A stretch of DNA of 62,343 nucleotides, filler included, from Collodictyon triciliatum (lineage: Eukaryota): NCBI GenBank assembly GCA_043381765.1. It is 9 parts of 9 records of this genome, joined end to end, with 100 filler letters (N's around TTAATTAATTAA, not from the genome) between each part and the next. Parts side by side here need not be neighbours in the genome. Positions count along the whole stretch, not along the records: positions 45,168 to 52,588 come from JBHJMP010003907.1; positions 52,689 to 60,110 come from JBHJMP010003908.1; 7 more parts are not named here. One strand, written 5' to 3'. Shown here piece after piece: positions 45,068 to 59,405 of this stretch (its first letter is position 1; each line of letters starts with the position of its first letter). The notes beneath the pieces are model-generated. The model worked only from the letters and a program-made list of their open reading frames with translations, had not been told where the DNA came from and ran no database searches. The position numbers and the translations under genes are program-made.

Positions 45068-46639
45068 NNNNNNNNNNNNNNNNNNNNNNNNNNNNNNNNN
45101 NNNNNNNNNNNTTAATTAATTAANNNNNNNNNNNNNNNNNNNNNNNNNNNNNNNNNNNNNNNNNNNNTTATTTAAAGGCTGACAGAACACATTCCCTCAT
45201 TCATTTATGCAACAGAAAGAACCAAAAAAAAAAAAAAAAAAACAAGAAACCAACAACCACTTCGACCACAGGCTTGAGTTTGTGTTTGAACCATCATATG
45301 CAGGGCGCTGCACAGAAACAAAGGAAGCGCGCTTCTGTCTTGGTGGTTTGGTTGCGTTCATAGTTGCATTATTTGAACAGGGACTCTGTGTTTCTGGGCG
45401 GAATCTTTCATGGTGGCTGCATCTCCTACTTCGAGCACAAAGCAATATCAACAGAGTGTTGTGCTGTTGAACTTTGTACTTTTACTACACTTTGGCCTCT
45501 TCGGCTGCGATTCTCGATGCTCCCCAACCTCCTTCTTCTCAAGTCTTGTATTTCATCGTGTGTCTTCATAAATGCACTGCTGCTTTGGAGCACACAACAG
45601 TACCGCACTTTTTTTTCCTGTCCATCAGCTGACTCGGCCCACCCAACTGAACAACCTGGTTGCTACGCGAATCCATGCTTGGCTGCTTCGCCGCCTTTGT
45701 GGTGGCGGAAAGATGATAAGAGGAGGGACGTGCGAGTGGAGCCCAGGACAGCGCAGCGAAGGGCATTTTTCTCACAACGACTTTGTTCTGCCGTTGCGTT
45801 TTCGTGATTGAAGGCCGATCGACACACACAAGACCCTGTCCGGCCAATTTTGGAAAATATTTGTTTAATTATTCTTTTGAACATGGGCTATTTTTCCTTC
45901 ACACTTTACCTCAAGAATATATATTCTCTATGCTATTATTATACAAAAATATGGGTAGCATCGTTCAATATAATCCTTTTAGCAAGCTATTTTTAAACTG
46001 CCCTTGCCCTCATTATTCGTGTGCGCCTTCATACAAAAGAGCACATTCGACATCACACCCAACAAACCAAAGCCTTAGGCAAATGTGGGTGCGGACGATG
46101 CCTCGAGTGAACAATTACCATATATTAATAAATCCCATATAAATCGGTTGCAGACATCTTCTTTTGGGATAATTTCCAGTTTAAACCAACTGAATCTTGT
46201 TTTTTTTAAAATTTAATTCGACCAATTAGGAAGACCTGCCAGCCGTTACGCCTTTGGTGTGCACTTTAATTCCACATTGGTCACCAGTCGTCCAAATATA
46301 GAAAAAGCGGGAGAAAGCATCGCGCGACTAGGCTGTTGGTCGGAGGTTGTTGGCTAGTTTCAAACCTGAATTACCTTGTACAAAAAGCCCGACCCGCACA
46401 AATGAGCTCCGGTTCCACAATGCGCGCGCGGCGGAAACAGAGGCCCATTAATCGCTATTCACACATCCTGAGCGGTGGGGCCGCGGAGGCGCGCGAAGGA
46501 AGATGGACGGAGGGGAAGGGCGATTGCCTCCCCTCCTGTCGAGTGGGCCTGGCAACATCGAGCCGCCTTGTCCAAAGCACGCCGCCGCAGACACTGCGCA
46601 TCCCGACCTCAATCCACTCGATTCAAGACAGAAAAGATG

Positions 46640-46800
46640 AAAAAGAAAAAAGAAAAAAGAAAAAAGAAAAAAGAAAAAAGAAAAAAGAAAAAAGAAAAAG
46701 AAAAAGAAAAAAGAAAAAAGAAAAAGAAAAAGAAAAAGAAAAAGAAAAAGAAAAAGAAAAAGAAAAAGAAAAAGAAAAAGAAAAAGAAAAAGAAAAAGAA
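46640..46800. repeat. (GAAAAA)n purine tract
   Basis: Directly visible. Confidence 0.9.
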
Positions 46801-46891
46801 GGAAAAAATGGGAGGAAGGATCCGCGATCACCCAGTAAGCCACGCCTCTCCCCCCTTAGAACCGCACCCCCCCCACCCGAGGCACACGCGG

Positions 46892-49800
46892 ATGCACCGC
46901 CCCCGACCGGCTGTGCACGTGGTGCCTCTGCTGCTGCTGCTGCTGCTGTTGGCCGCACCCCCGCACGGAGCAGTCCGCCCGCCCGACCCCGCCGATCCGA
47001 CGCTGCACGCGCTGTGGCACGCGCTGGACGGAGCCGATCCGCCCACCGCATTCGCAGGCAACATCTCTGTGCCGACAGACCTGGGAGCGCCCCCGTTCCC
47101 GCCCCTGGCCCTCTGTCTCCGCCCCGAGCGGGACCCCTCCGCAGCCACAGCCACAGCCACAGCCACAGCGCACGTGCCCTGTGTCGGCCCCGCCCTCCGC
47201 TCGCAGGTCCGCCGCATCCTCGCCAACACCCCCAACGCGCTGGACGCGTCCTCCGAAGGGGTCCCGTGTGTGGCGGCTGTGGCTGTGACGGCTGCCTTCC
47301 GCTCGGCCGGCTGCGTTGACGTCAGCATGACCCACGGCCACACCCCGCCACAAGAGCCCCCCATCCCATACACCCTGTGCGCAGAGCCCGGCGCAACCGC
47401 CTCCACCGTCTTTGCCGCAGAGTTCCCGCTGCCGCCCCGGCCGCCTCCCCCGCCTCGCACGTACCCCCTCCGCCTGCTCGTCTCTGCTCCTGCGTCGGAA
47501 GCCTCCCTCGGTTCCCTCCTGTTTCGTCTGCTGCCTACCTACGTGGAGATTCGGTGCTACGGTGGCCACACTGAAGGTACCGTATGTTTTATACGGATGT
47601 CATCTCACTTATGCTCGGGGTTGAATCCCGTGCATTCTTTATGAAATTATTGGTTGGCTTGTTTGGTTCATTTTCACCTTTCCATAAAATCACCTATCTT
47701 CCGATGTAATTTTTTTTTTTAAAAGAATGAGAGCTATAAATGGCCATCTCTGTATCCCTTTCCTTTTCCTTTCTCTGTCTCTATGTCTCTGTCTCTGTCT
47801 CTCTCTGTCTCCCCTTTTTTTTTTCTTTCTTTCCTTATCTTTATCCACATATTCATCTCCGCATTTTGTTTCATTCAGTTTCTAGTTATCGTTTAAATGC
47901 TGTTTCCTTTATTTTAACATTAGACATTCATGTTGTCGAGGCTGATGAAATGGAAGATTTCGAAGGTTCTGATGAAGATAATTTATCTGATTTGCTTCCG
48001 CAAGCAAGGGAAAATTACCCTGGGTCCACAAGAACTTCAGGACTGAACTCTGGCTCTCAGTCTCAGTCTCAGTCTCAATCTCAGTCCCAATCTCAGTCCC
48101 AATCTCAGTCCCAATCTCAGTCCCAATCTGAATCACAATCGCAGTCCCAGTCTCAGTCTCAGTCCCAATCGCAATCCCACTCTCAATCCCACTCTCAATC
48201 TCAGTCGCTCTCTGAATCGCAATCACTGTCTCAATCCCAATCCCAATCCCAGTCTTTATCACTATCCCAATCAGAGTCACAATCCCAATCTCAATACTTA
48301 GGGGAGTGCCTCGCAGGCGAAACAAAAAACCAGTGTGGTGACTGTGGCCCATCTGAGCCCGAAGTGGACTTATCCCTCGAATTTAGCCCATTCATGGCTG
48401 GATTTGCTCAACAAATCTCTCAGAAATATTCGAAATGGAGTTACTTGAATAATATCACAGGCATTACGGATGTAAACCCCTCAATCGGCCTGCTTGCTTC
48501 TTTCTCAGGAAGAAGTTCTGAGATAACCCAAGTGACACCTTCAAAAGTTGAACCTACTTCTCCAACTGGGGTAACGCTTTCCACCCAAATTTACAGCTCT
48601 ACACCGACACTCAAGGTCCGCGCATGGCTTGTCGGTCAAAATGGTGAAACAAATAACAATGGAGGAACAATTACAATGAGTACAGTGGAATTTCCATCAT
48701 TGACATCATCTTGTTACTATGATGGTCTGAATCCGTGTTTGGCCACCATAACGATACCAATATCGGATTTCTCAAGCTCTAATGTCACTATCACCCCTGT
48801 GATAACATTCGCCACTAAGAGTGTAATAATATCATCAGCCATGCTGGTTGCTCTTCCAAACTATGGTTCCAATCCATCTGCAGGAATGAAAATGCAGCTA
48901 TCCCAAAAACCAGTCCTACCTTCTTCCACATTCACATCTGCGCTGACAGCGTACACAAATGGCAGAGTGCTTGAAGGTTTCAATGTTGTTATCAATATAC
49001 CGTCCTCTGTGGCATCGATTGTCAGTATTGATGGAGATGGAAAATTCTCGGGGGCCACAAATATTCAGCCAAACAGTGCATCCATTGTATGGACAAGGCA
49101 AAGTGGTGTCAGTGACTCATCTGTTACAGGAGCTGTCAAAGTTGCTACAGTCACGTGGAAAATGAAGGATTTTCCCTCCTCGAACATTGGTGAGGTCAGC
49201 TTTGTAGTTAAGCAAATGACAGACGTACAGAATATACCGATTATTAACGATTCGACAGAAGGGATTGTATTCGACCTCACTCAATCAAGTGAAAAGGGAT
49301 TTATTGTTGTCGCTCAAGATTCTAAAAGAGGTCATTTCATCAGTTCTCAACAACAGCAAATTGTCAACATTGCCGTAATCAACAAGCAAAGTATCACTGT
49401 ACCATTGAAAGTGACAGAGTACTACGAATTCCAGTCCCCTAAAGATATTACAGCGCAATCAACCTGTATCAGCCACGAACCACAAGTTGCACCAGTCCAG
49501 GGCTGCGCAATTGTTATGACAGGAAATGAAGCGTCCGGTTCAAAATCTGTCATAGTGTCGTTCGAAGCTGCAACTACTAGTGTTCGAGTTTGGTACCCAG
49601 TAACTCCCATAGAACTCACTGCACTTGATACAGTATTGAATAGAATTTTCAACTTAAAGACATATGATTGCTCCAGCAATCGATATCAAAGCAGCAAAAT
49701 TACCGCAATCACTTCTTTTATGAGTGGAAATGATAGTTTTGTTGCAGATGTATCCAAGTTGATTACACTGGTCGTATCAGACAGCGACATATTAAGCGCT

Positions 49801-52588
49801 TCGGGTAATGTAGTAACAGGAATAAAAGCAGGAGAAGCCAGCATAAATGTTAATGGGTACCCATCAAATTCTGTGATATTCTATGTCAAGAACGATTATG
49901 TATCTGTATCAAGCCTGGCACCCATAGTGTTTACTGATTTGTCCATCATTTCAGCCACCCCTGACAATGGGCTGACACCTACAACTTCCAGCAGGGTAAA
50001 CATGTCCGTATCTCAAAATTTAGATTTCGAAGGCAAGACAGGATATATTGCAGTATACGCCTACTTCTCGGATAGCACGCGTATGGAGGTGCAGGAATCA
50101 GATGGGCTTATCCTCTCATCAAACAGTCCGTCCGTCTCAGTTCTCAGTTCACCGCCAAGGGTTATATCCATCTCTAACGGATGTGGTTACTTTGTAAACG
50201 TGGAATGGAGTTCATGTGGTAATAGTCTTGGTGAAGGACTTGGGCTTGTCCAGTTAAAGTTACCGATGATTACTCAAATATCAGTAACTGCCACAAACAA
50301 TAAAATCGCAAGTGCAACTGACATCTCAATTACTGTTGGTATACCCACAAGAAGTGAATTGAAAGTCATATGCACATTTGAGAATGGTCAACAAAGTGAC
50401 TACACACTTGACCCAAGAACTGTCTATGACGACATCACCGCAGATACAAACAATATTATCCGAATTGAGAAGACGACTGTGTCCTCCATAGCCACAGACG
50501 TTTATGTAGTTGCAACTGGCAACGGGTTTGGAACATCGACCATACTGGTGACAACCACAAATGCACCGAATATGGAAGGACGCTTCGATATCACTGTAAT
50601 CGGATTCGCGTCATTAAGTGTCTCATCAACCCCATATCCGACGTACACTGGCTCTAGCTCTATGTCTTTAACAAAACTTAATCGTTATGAGTGTACACAG
50701 GTATACCAAAGAGCTACTCTTTCTCTGTTCATGACGCTTACAGATGGAGCTGTGCATGATATCACATCAAAGCAATGGAGTATATTCTCAATCGCTGTCA
50801 ATCAGCAGAATATTCTTACAATAACTGATAAAACCGTCCTTGAGCCAAACGGATCGAACTTTGGAATCGTCACAGCCAGAGCTTCATATTTGAATGCTTC
50901 AATCGCAATTGACATCGAAGTGTCTGATCAAAGTATCAGTGCAACATCAATAACAACATCATTTCCGTCCACATATTCAAGCATAGTGGGAGAATCATCG
51001 GAAGGCCTCACATCACACGCGGTATTTCAAGACGGAACTGAACATCCAGCTGCTCACTCTATCACTGGATTACTCACATATGCGAGCGACGACCCCAGCT
51101 CAATATCTATCGACAACTTAGGAGCAACAATCATCCAATCAAACTCGATAAACATTGTGAAGCTAACGTCTTCTACATGTTACGGAGTTGCAGGGACATC
51201 AAATACATATGCAAATCTAAATCCTGATATAGGGGATGTAGACCTTGGAAGCACTAGTGGTCTCTCGTTAAGCAATATTGCAGTTGGCTCAACCCTAAAT
51301 ATACCAGTTCGAGTGAATACGGGAACAAAAGCTCTTGGGAGCATCGACTTTAGCCTCATTTATGACGCTGATATCTTTGACATAACATCGTACTCTACTG
51401 GAAGTCGCTGGCCAGGGGGGCAGCTAGAGGTTACGTTGAATGATCCCCCAGGAGTTATTCGTATTGTAGGGGCGACCAGTCCAACCAGCAACTCAAAAGG
51501 GACATTGGAAGTTGTCAAATTGGTGATAACAAGCAAACGCAACGGAATGTCATATTTTACTGGATTTATTTCAAAAATGCTAGCTAATGATGCCACATCT
51601 TCATCAATTGGAAACGCACTCGCACAAGGTCAATCTAGAGCAATAGTAGCTGGAAGCGCTTGGATTAAGAGCGGGAATAGTATCAGCTCTAGAGCTTCAG
51701 CAAATAACGATGCAATCCTGAATCTTAAACAACAGGTTATCAATAATATCAGTTCAAGAAAAGTAGTGGAATGCAGCCCATCAGCAATTCTCGGAAACAC
51801 AGATGGAGACTGCGAGTTCTCAGTTGGGGATGTCCAGTTTACCTTGAGATATCTAGCCGGACTGGTCACGGCAACAATCGAACCATACCAAATGCAATAC
51901 CTAGACGCAGATAGAAATGGAGACGTCCAGGTGCAAGACGCAATATACTTGATTAGAGTATTGTCCAACAAATGGCGATTCTTCAGCGTTCTTATTATAC
52001 CACCAACTATTTCGAATTCATATATACAAGTTTCTATTGAGTCGCAGATAGCAGACATGAGCTATTCGTCAGCGAAGACATCATATGATATTATCTTCTT
52101 GACTACATTAAATTCTGATATGACGATTACATCAGGAACAAATAAAAGAAACCTTCCAGGGGGATTCGCCATAACCAGCCATGACCATGATAATGGCACC
52201 TTCATAGTTGCCGGAAATACGTTTGTGTCCGAAACAATAGGCATCTCAATTCATCTGAAGACTTTTGACAGTCTCGGACAAACATCCAACGATCGAGACG
52301 TAACATTCTATCAAGGAGTTGGAGGAAGTTATGTGAAGTACGCGGATATCAATGCTAGATTCGATACCACAGAATCTCAATCCCAATCTCAATCCCAATC
52401 TCAATCCCAATCTCAATCCCAATCTCAATCTCAATCCCAATCTCAATCTCAATCCCAATCTCAATCTCAATCTCAATCCCAATCTCAATCTCAATCTCAA
52501 TCTCAATCTCAATCTCAATCCCAATCCCAATCCCAATCCCAATCTCAATCTCAGTCTCAGTCTCAGTCTCAGTCTCAATCTCAGTCTC
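46892..52588 (+). CDS. Large secreted/surface TMEM132-like protein with cohesin-like and Ig-like domains, a second cohesin plus dockerin, and (SQ)n linkers; 3'-partial
   Basis: Signal-peptide-like [23 protein letters not shown] and an intron at 47578-47923. TMEM132-like motifs [41 protein letters not shown]. Cohesin-like [22 protein letters not shown]. Dockerin-like [30 protein letters not shown]. Confidence 0.8.
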
Positions 52589-53340
52589 NNNNNNNNNNNN
52601 NNNNNNNNNNNNNNNNNNNNNNNNNNNNNNNNTTAATTAATTAANNNNNNNNNNNNNNNNNNNNNNNNNNNNNNNNNNNNNNNNNNNNTTTCTTTTTCTT
52701 TTCATTTTCTCTTTTCCTTTCCTTTTCCTTTTTTTTATTTTCCTTTTCGTTTTCTTATTCCGTTTCTTTCATTTTCTCTTTCTTTTCATTTTCTCTTTTC
52801 CTTTCCTTTTCTTTTCTTTTTCCTTTTCCTTTCCTTTTACTTTTCCTTTTCCTTTTCTTTTTCCTTTTTTCTTTTCTTTTTCTTTTTCTTTTTATAACAG
52901 ACAGCGAATAACCACTTGCGCCCTCGCCAATAAAAAAAATATGAAACAAAAGCGTTTTTACTGCAGCGAATGTGGTCATTCTTGTCGTTCATTGATTTTC
53001 ATAAAAAAATTTCTGTTTTTTCATTTATATTTTAATCATCTTTTTGCCACAAGCGCCTTCACAGGCAACAACTGATGTTCTTCGCGGACAAACACCAGCT
53101 TTCCTATCAAGCCATAAAGGAAAAAAAAAGCCTTCGTTTCGAGCCACCAAAGATCTAGTCAGCAAAACCCAACAAATAAACAAACAAAAAAACCCAACAA
53201 AAACAAAAACCAACAAAAACAAAAACCAACAAAAAAAAAACCAACAAAAAAAAACCAACAAATTAAGATAAAACAGAATATGCATCCGTCCCTTACGATT
53301 CCACCTTACTTTCTACTCTCAGCAGCCTTGCCAGAGAAGA

Positions 53341-56300
53341 ATGTCTGCCCGCAAAGAGTCTCGCCCAAGAAATACCAGCAGAAAAGTCCTATCCAGAGAT
53401 GCAGACACACACAAACCCGCCGCGGAGCTGCCAACTTCGCTGAAAGACATCTCATCTCTGCAGTTCTATGATCACACAGGCGATATCCCTGCCGAGAAAG
53501 AGACCCCCGAAGCGCACCAGGAAAAGGCCGTTGGTTCACAGAGGGCTGCAAGTCGCCAACCAAGCCAAAAGCAAAACAGAAAGCCTAAAGCTAGCCTTCA
53601 TGAAGATCGAAATAAGGAGCCGAAGAAATATCAAAACACTTTTGGTGGCAAGCAGCAGTTGAAAAGCCAGATGAATCCGAAGGACACGGACGCCGCTGAG
53701 AGTGCACCATCCCCTCGACAAGTTTCTCTTGCTTTTGATTATGTTCATGAAATATTATTTCCGTCTGCGCTACTTTCTTTTCTTTTCTTTCTTTTTTGAT
53801 ATTATAGTTTCTATCTACAAAGAACTTTCATGCACAATTACTGCATGGTCTTCTTGCTTCTTACAGTTATATATTTTCTTTTTGATCTCCATAATGTACT
53901 TTCTGCTGCTTGTCCATATGCTCAATATTATTATTGTGATTATAACTTGTAATTTAAAACTTGTTCCAGCAGAAGGGTGGTCGAAAAAAGAAGATTGACT
54001 TTACAACTGAAGCAGTGAAAAAAATGAATGAGTTGAATCGAAGCACAGATATTCTTCTTACCACCGAGGCTGGGTGAATGATGGATTTCTCTCCTTTCAA
54101 ATGCTGCTTGGTTCTTTCTTGTGGCTTTGTTTCTCTATTTAGATATATTTGCCAAGTAGCTGATACATTTTGGGCCTTCGTACAAACAATTAGTTATCTC
54201 GAGGCTGAAGAAGGTATCGACACATTCACAGTTACACAGGATGACATTATCGAGGAAATCGGTATTCGTGATAGGCCCAAGGTTTCATTCTGTTCTTTAT
54301 TAATTTATTCAAATGTGTTCCGTCTCATTTAATTAGTAACCATCTTAATCTCCTCTAGCCATACGTTCTAAAACTGAATATTTATAAATAAGCGATTTGA
54401 TATTACCCTCGGGAACGGCCCCTACCGAATCGACTACACAAGAAGTGGAAGGTGTGTTGCAATTATAACCAATTCACGAGGACGTTTCCTGTTATCATAG
54501 TCAAACTATGGTATATAAGAGAAACCAGCAAAGGAATTTTCCTCATCTTATACTTTTATATAGGTATTTGGCCTTCGCTGGGTCTCGTGGACATATTGCT
54601 GTCGTCGATTGGGCAAATGCCAAACCCTTGGCCGAGTATGACGTTGAAGATACCACCTACGATATCAAGTATGTCCATGGATGTTGTGAACTTTAATGCA
54701 TTCTTTAATATACTGTTTCTTTTTATTTGGTAATTCTTTTTGTTTCCAATTTTATAAAATCGACAAACAAAACCACCCCAACATAGGTTCCTCATGAACT
54801 TCAGCCTTCATGCTGTCGCTCAATCAAAATATACCTACATTTATAATAGCAAAGGAGGTTAGCTGAAATACCATATTAATTTTCTAGCACATTTGATTAC
54901 GTTTATGCAGAAATAATAGCCATTCCAATGCTTCTTAATTCCTGAATATTTTTTATGCATATTCTCAGTTGAAATTCATTGCCTGAGGGAGCACATCCTA
55001 CCACGGAACCTGGAATATCTTCCATTTCATATGCTCTTGTGCTCATCGGTACTTTTAGTCCTTGAGACATAATATTGCCAAATTTATGTGGTTGTTATAT
55101 TAACACCATAAACTATGCACATATTTTGCTCTCTCCATCCATCATGTCTGGACTTATAAATACATTTTTTCCCCTACAAAACACGCAATACAGACCGAGA
55201 AATCGCAACTCGTCTATCAAGACATTTCAGTTAGTTAGCTCTTCCAATCTCGATTTTTTCGATTTTTAATCTCGAAGATTAATGAATCTTAGGCAACATG
55301 TTTTCATATTTACTTGCCACTTTACTTGACCTTTCTTAACTAAATCTTTCAGACAGGACATGTTGTCAGTAGAACAAGGACAAAGTTGGGACCTTCAAGT
55401 ACTTTAGTCCAGAATCCGTACAATGCTATTCTCAGTATGGGACACGGAAACGGTTGGTCAATATAACATTCACTTTACATTATTAATTGATATCTTCACT
55501 TGTAACTTATAGTTGCCTTATTTTTATTTGATTCATTCATGTCCATGAAAGCTGCATTTCATTAACGGTCGAGAACTTATATGACCTTTAACTAATAAAT
55601 CATCTAACAATATTAAGGTGTTGTTTCTATGTGGACACCTAATAGCCAAATCCCTGCTGTCAGGCTACTGGCCCACCGCGGACCCGTTTCAGGTTTTTTA
55701 TATTTATTTTGTTTCTCACAATAATTCTTTATAAAATATACACAAGAAACGGCACGTATGTTTTATAGGTTGTTTTTTGTTTTTGTTTTTAACCTAACCC
55801 ACGTAATTTTTTTTCTAGCCATCGCAATTGACAACCAGGGGATGTCCGTTTTTATTTTTGTTTTATTTTATTTTAATCTGTATTGATCACTTGATAAGAT
55901 ATTAAATAACCATGATATTTTTCTTGTTTAGTATTGCTTCATCTCAATTTTTTAACTCCTCTATTAAAGTTTTTTTTAATTCCTATTCTTCATAAAAGGA
56001 ATATGGTGACTGCGAGTCACGACAGAACTATGAAAGTATGGGATATTCGAAAATTCCAGCCTATTTATACACAAAATATTGGAGTTTCTTTGAAGAGCAT
56101 CACCATAAGGTTTTAGATTCTACGATTGATTACATAACTACTGCTACAGATTCCAACTTTGAAAATTTCTACCTGTCATTTGGTTTTTTTTCCAATTCTT
56201 GTACTTTCAAAAAAATTTTTTATCATTCTTCACTATAAGTTTTAGAATATTCAATGTGATGGATAATTATGCGCATGGGCATCATATAATCAAAATGAAA

Positions 56301-58162
56301 ATTCACAAACAAACATGTAAATAACAGTCAAAAAGGCTTGGTTGCAACAGGCTACAACAACTCTGTTCGTATTTTAAAGGATGCCTTTGTCGAGGCCCAG
56401 AAAAAGCCATACATCACTCATAGACTAGAGCGCTCTGATGTGCGTCGCACAATTTTTCAATTATGCTTTATATTTTAATATCATTTTATCTTCCTTTATC
56501 TCTTGTTTAGCTGATGTTTTTACAGTGATTTTTTCTAAAAAGAAAAAAGAAAGAAAAGAAAAGAATGAAAATAATGCATATTTATTTTTCATCATGACGA
56601 CTTATCTATCTGTGTTTCTCTCTGTATCAGATACACCACCTCCTATATGCTCCGTTCGAAGATGTCTTGGGGATAGGGCATTCCAAAGGAATCTCCAGCA
56701 TAATTGTGAGTGCTTTGATGAATACTTTACATATTTGGTTACAATACAAACATCCCATCGTTTGGAGCGACGATATTGAACTCTGAATTTATCATATACC
56801 ACTACCTTTTTTATATGCGTAGGTTCCCGGTTCTGGAGAGCCAAACTTCGACTCGTTTGAAGCCAGTCCATTCCAGGTAAATAACAGAAGATTATATTGT
56901 ATCAATCGACTATGATAAAAGAAATCCAAAAGACCAGTTGTTTACACGCTCTCTCCAGTTCATGTGCGATATGTGCATGTTTTTCTTCATTTTAATGTAT
57001 GTGTATATTTTTAATCATTTTTTTAAATAATAATATCGTAACCCGTACAGACCAAAAAACAAATGCGTGAAGATGAAGTTCACAAACTCTTGGATAAGGT
57101 TCATCTCAATTTTCACTGGCGATTTATTTGTGGACTGTGAGAAATATAAGAAGACAATTTAGTTGTTCTGTGTCTTGAATGTGATACTAAATACGGATAG
57201 ATTTGGTTACCAGAAAAAAAGAATTTAATCAGCTTTCATACTGGCAACTTTGTCGCTTTTTATTTTTAGTATTTAATTCTCATTTTTTTATGATATAAAC
57301 GGCCTCATTTTGGTATAGTTGCAACCTGACATGATTTGTCTTGACCCACAAACGATTGGGTCTCTGAATCGCCAACAAGAGACAAAGAAAGAAAAGATTG
57401 AAATTACGAGAAAGGTTTATCTTCGTTTTTATGCAATCCTGTGCAGACATACACTCCATAATATTTGCTCACTTTTTTTTTTTTTATCAAATTTCTCTGC
57501 GTTCACCATTACACAGCTTATTTATCTATTTACTTATATCTTACTTTGTTTCTATATTTATGTCTTGCTTTGGCTAATCACATTTTTTTTCTTAATTCTT
57601 TACACCAACCTTGATTACATTCTTAGAGTGGAGGAGGAGAAATCTGGAGGAAAGAAAAAAAGAAAATGAAAGGCCGTAACTCCATAAAGAACCAGCTCGG
57701 AAGAAAAAAAGCAGTCATCATCGACAACGAAAAAGTGATTTTGCAAAATCGATGTCTTGTGTGACTTTTTAAAAAAGAGAAGCAAAAATGTTTTCACGTG
57801 AATGTAACGGCCATTCCCCTTCCTTCAACTCACATGGTTAATCTTCTAGGTGATGAAAAGAGAACAGATGAAAGCGAAAGCAGAAGAGAAAGAGAAAGAG
57901 AAAAAGCATGGAAAGGTATCCGTGCTCCACAGTCTGCCTGAATATTTGACTTGATATATCTTTATATAAAAGGAAAAGAATCAAACGCAGCAAAAGACAA
58001 TTTGATTTAAAAAAATGCGTAAAATATCCCCTCTCCAATATTACTAACTCAGCTTCCCTTCATCCATGCCTATAATTTATCATGATTCTGCACCAGACGA
58101 GAGACCATGAAATAAAACTGGCTGTTCCCGCACTCAAACGATTCCAGCGCTCCAGCAACTAA
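53341..58162 (+). CDS. UTP7: U3 snoRNP/SSU processome WD40 protein Utp7 (WDR46/BING4)
   Basis: GPYRIDYTRSGRYL, AVAQSKYTYIY..GVEIHCL, LEYLPFHMLL, QNPYNAILSMGHGNGVVSMWTP, APFEDVLGIGH, IVPGSGEPNFDSFEASPF, EVHKLLDKLQPDMI; about 19 exons; TAA at 58160-58162. Confidence 0.95.
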
Positions 58163-58862
58163 ATAAATCCTTGATTGAACTCCATTGCCAACCCATGTCA
58201 ATAACAAACAATTTTTTTTGTACCATCCTTCCCAATTTTTTCTTACAAAATACATTGAATTTTTTAAAAAAAAAATTATATTCCTTTCGTATGTTAAGAC
58301 TCTTGATGACCACGAAGGTCCCTCTGACTCTACATATCGCCGAGATATTATCAAAAACAACAAAGATACCGTTTCCAACCATATGCGATATTCCTCTCGA
58401 AATCAAAGAAAATTAACTGGAGTGTAGTTTTGTTTTGATGTTTTAGTTTATGAAACTTTTTATACTATTTCGTTTCAGTACGAGTCCATGTGGATTTAGC
58501 AGAGCCCAACCACATTCGCTCAGCTGCTGAATGGCCAGTAACTGAACGACCGCGACTCTACTAATAATTACAAATGTTGGGGGAAATAGTAAATTACAAT
58601 ATGACATGCAAGCAGATTATTATGTTTTCGTTGGAAAATAGGACAAAGACACGAATCATATATCAAAGGATACTCAAGTATTAATTATATCACTGAAAAT
58701 GAGCACTTTGCAAAGAATATTGCGATTGCAGTCGATATTCAAAAGAAAAAAATTAACAAAAGAAATAAAGAAAATAAACAAAGGGAGATAGAGGATGCGA
58801 TTTTGTTGTAAAGAAACACTCTTGAATTCAAAAGAAATGAAATGAATTAAAATAGCCTGCTG

Positions 58863-58972
58863 AAACAAACAAACAAACAAACAAACAAACAAACAAACAA
58901 ACAAACAAACAAACAAACAAACAAACAAACAAACAAACAAACAAACAAACAAACAAACAAACAAACAAACAA
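58863..58972. repeat. (AAAC)n microsatellite
   Basis: Directly visible. Confidence 0.95.
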
Positions 58973-59405
58973 GCATGCATGTTCTTTTCTGGTGTTAATG
59001 CATACCGCGTTGAGGTAGCTCTCTTGCCGTGCATCCAAACATGTAATAAGCCTCATGTCGCTGGTTCAGCAGATTATCCAGTTCCTTAGTTTCGTCCTGA
59101 ACGGTATATACAATCTCAGCGTCTCAAGTAAACAAATTCATACTTACAAATGTGACACATGTGCCGGGTACATGACGGATGCAAAATATAAATAAAAAGT
59201 AAAGATGAGGTTCTGACAGCGTATCGCTTTTCGGCTTCTTCCCACTTTCGTTTTGCTTCCATGTACTCGCCTATTTGTGGTTTTTTTTATTATATTACAT
59301 TTTACTTCATTTTATTGAGAAAGCAGAAGTACATGAACACCATTTATTTTTCTCTCTATTTTTCCTCTTTTTCTTCTACTTTTTCCAGCAGGTAGTATCT
59401 GCTGC

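Noticed and set aside
42041-47569. Long antisense and alternative-frame ORFs over the DNMT-like exon and the first TMEM132-like exon
   Set aside because: They are the expected shadow ORFs of GC-rich coding sequence and have no recognisable motifs.
48055-52588. Repeat arrays as CRISPR-like or telomeric structures
   Set aside because: There are no unique spacers. These are in-frame coding SQ repeats, and the other arrays are ordinary microsatellites of differing units.
57916-58096. GTATCCGT donor in the last UTP7 intron as a second U12-type intron
   Set aside because: There is no TCCTTAAC-like branch site near the acceptor, and a U2-like TACTAAC is present. Support is insufficient, although the donor resembles ATATCCGA.
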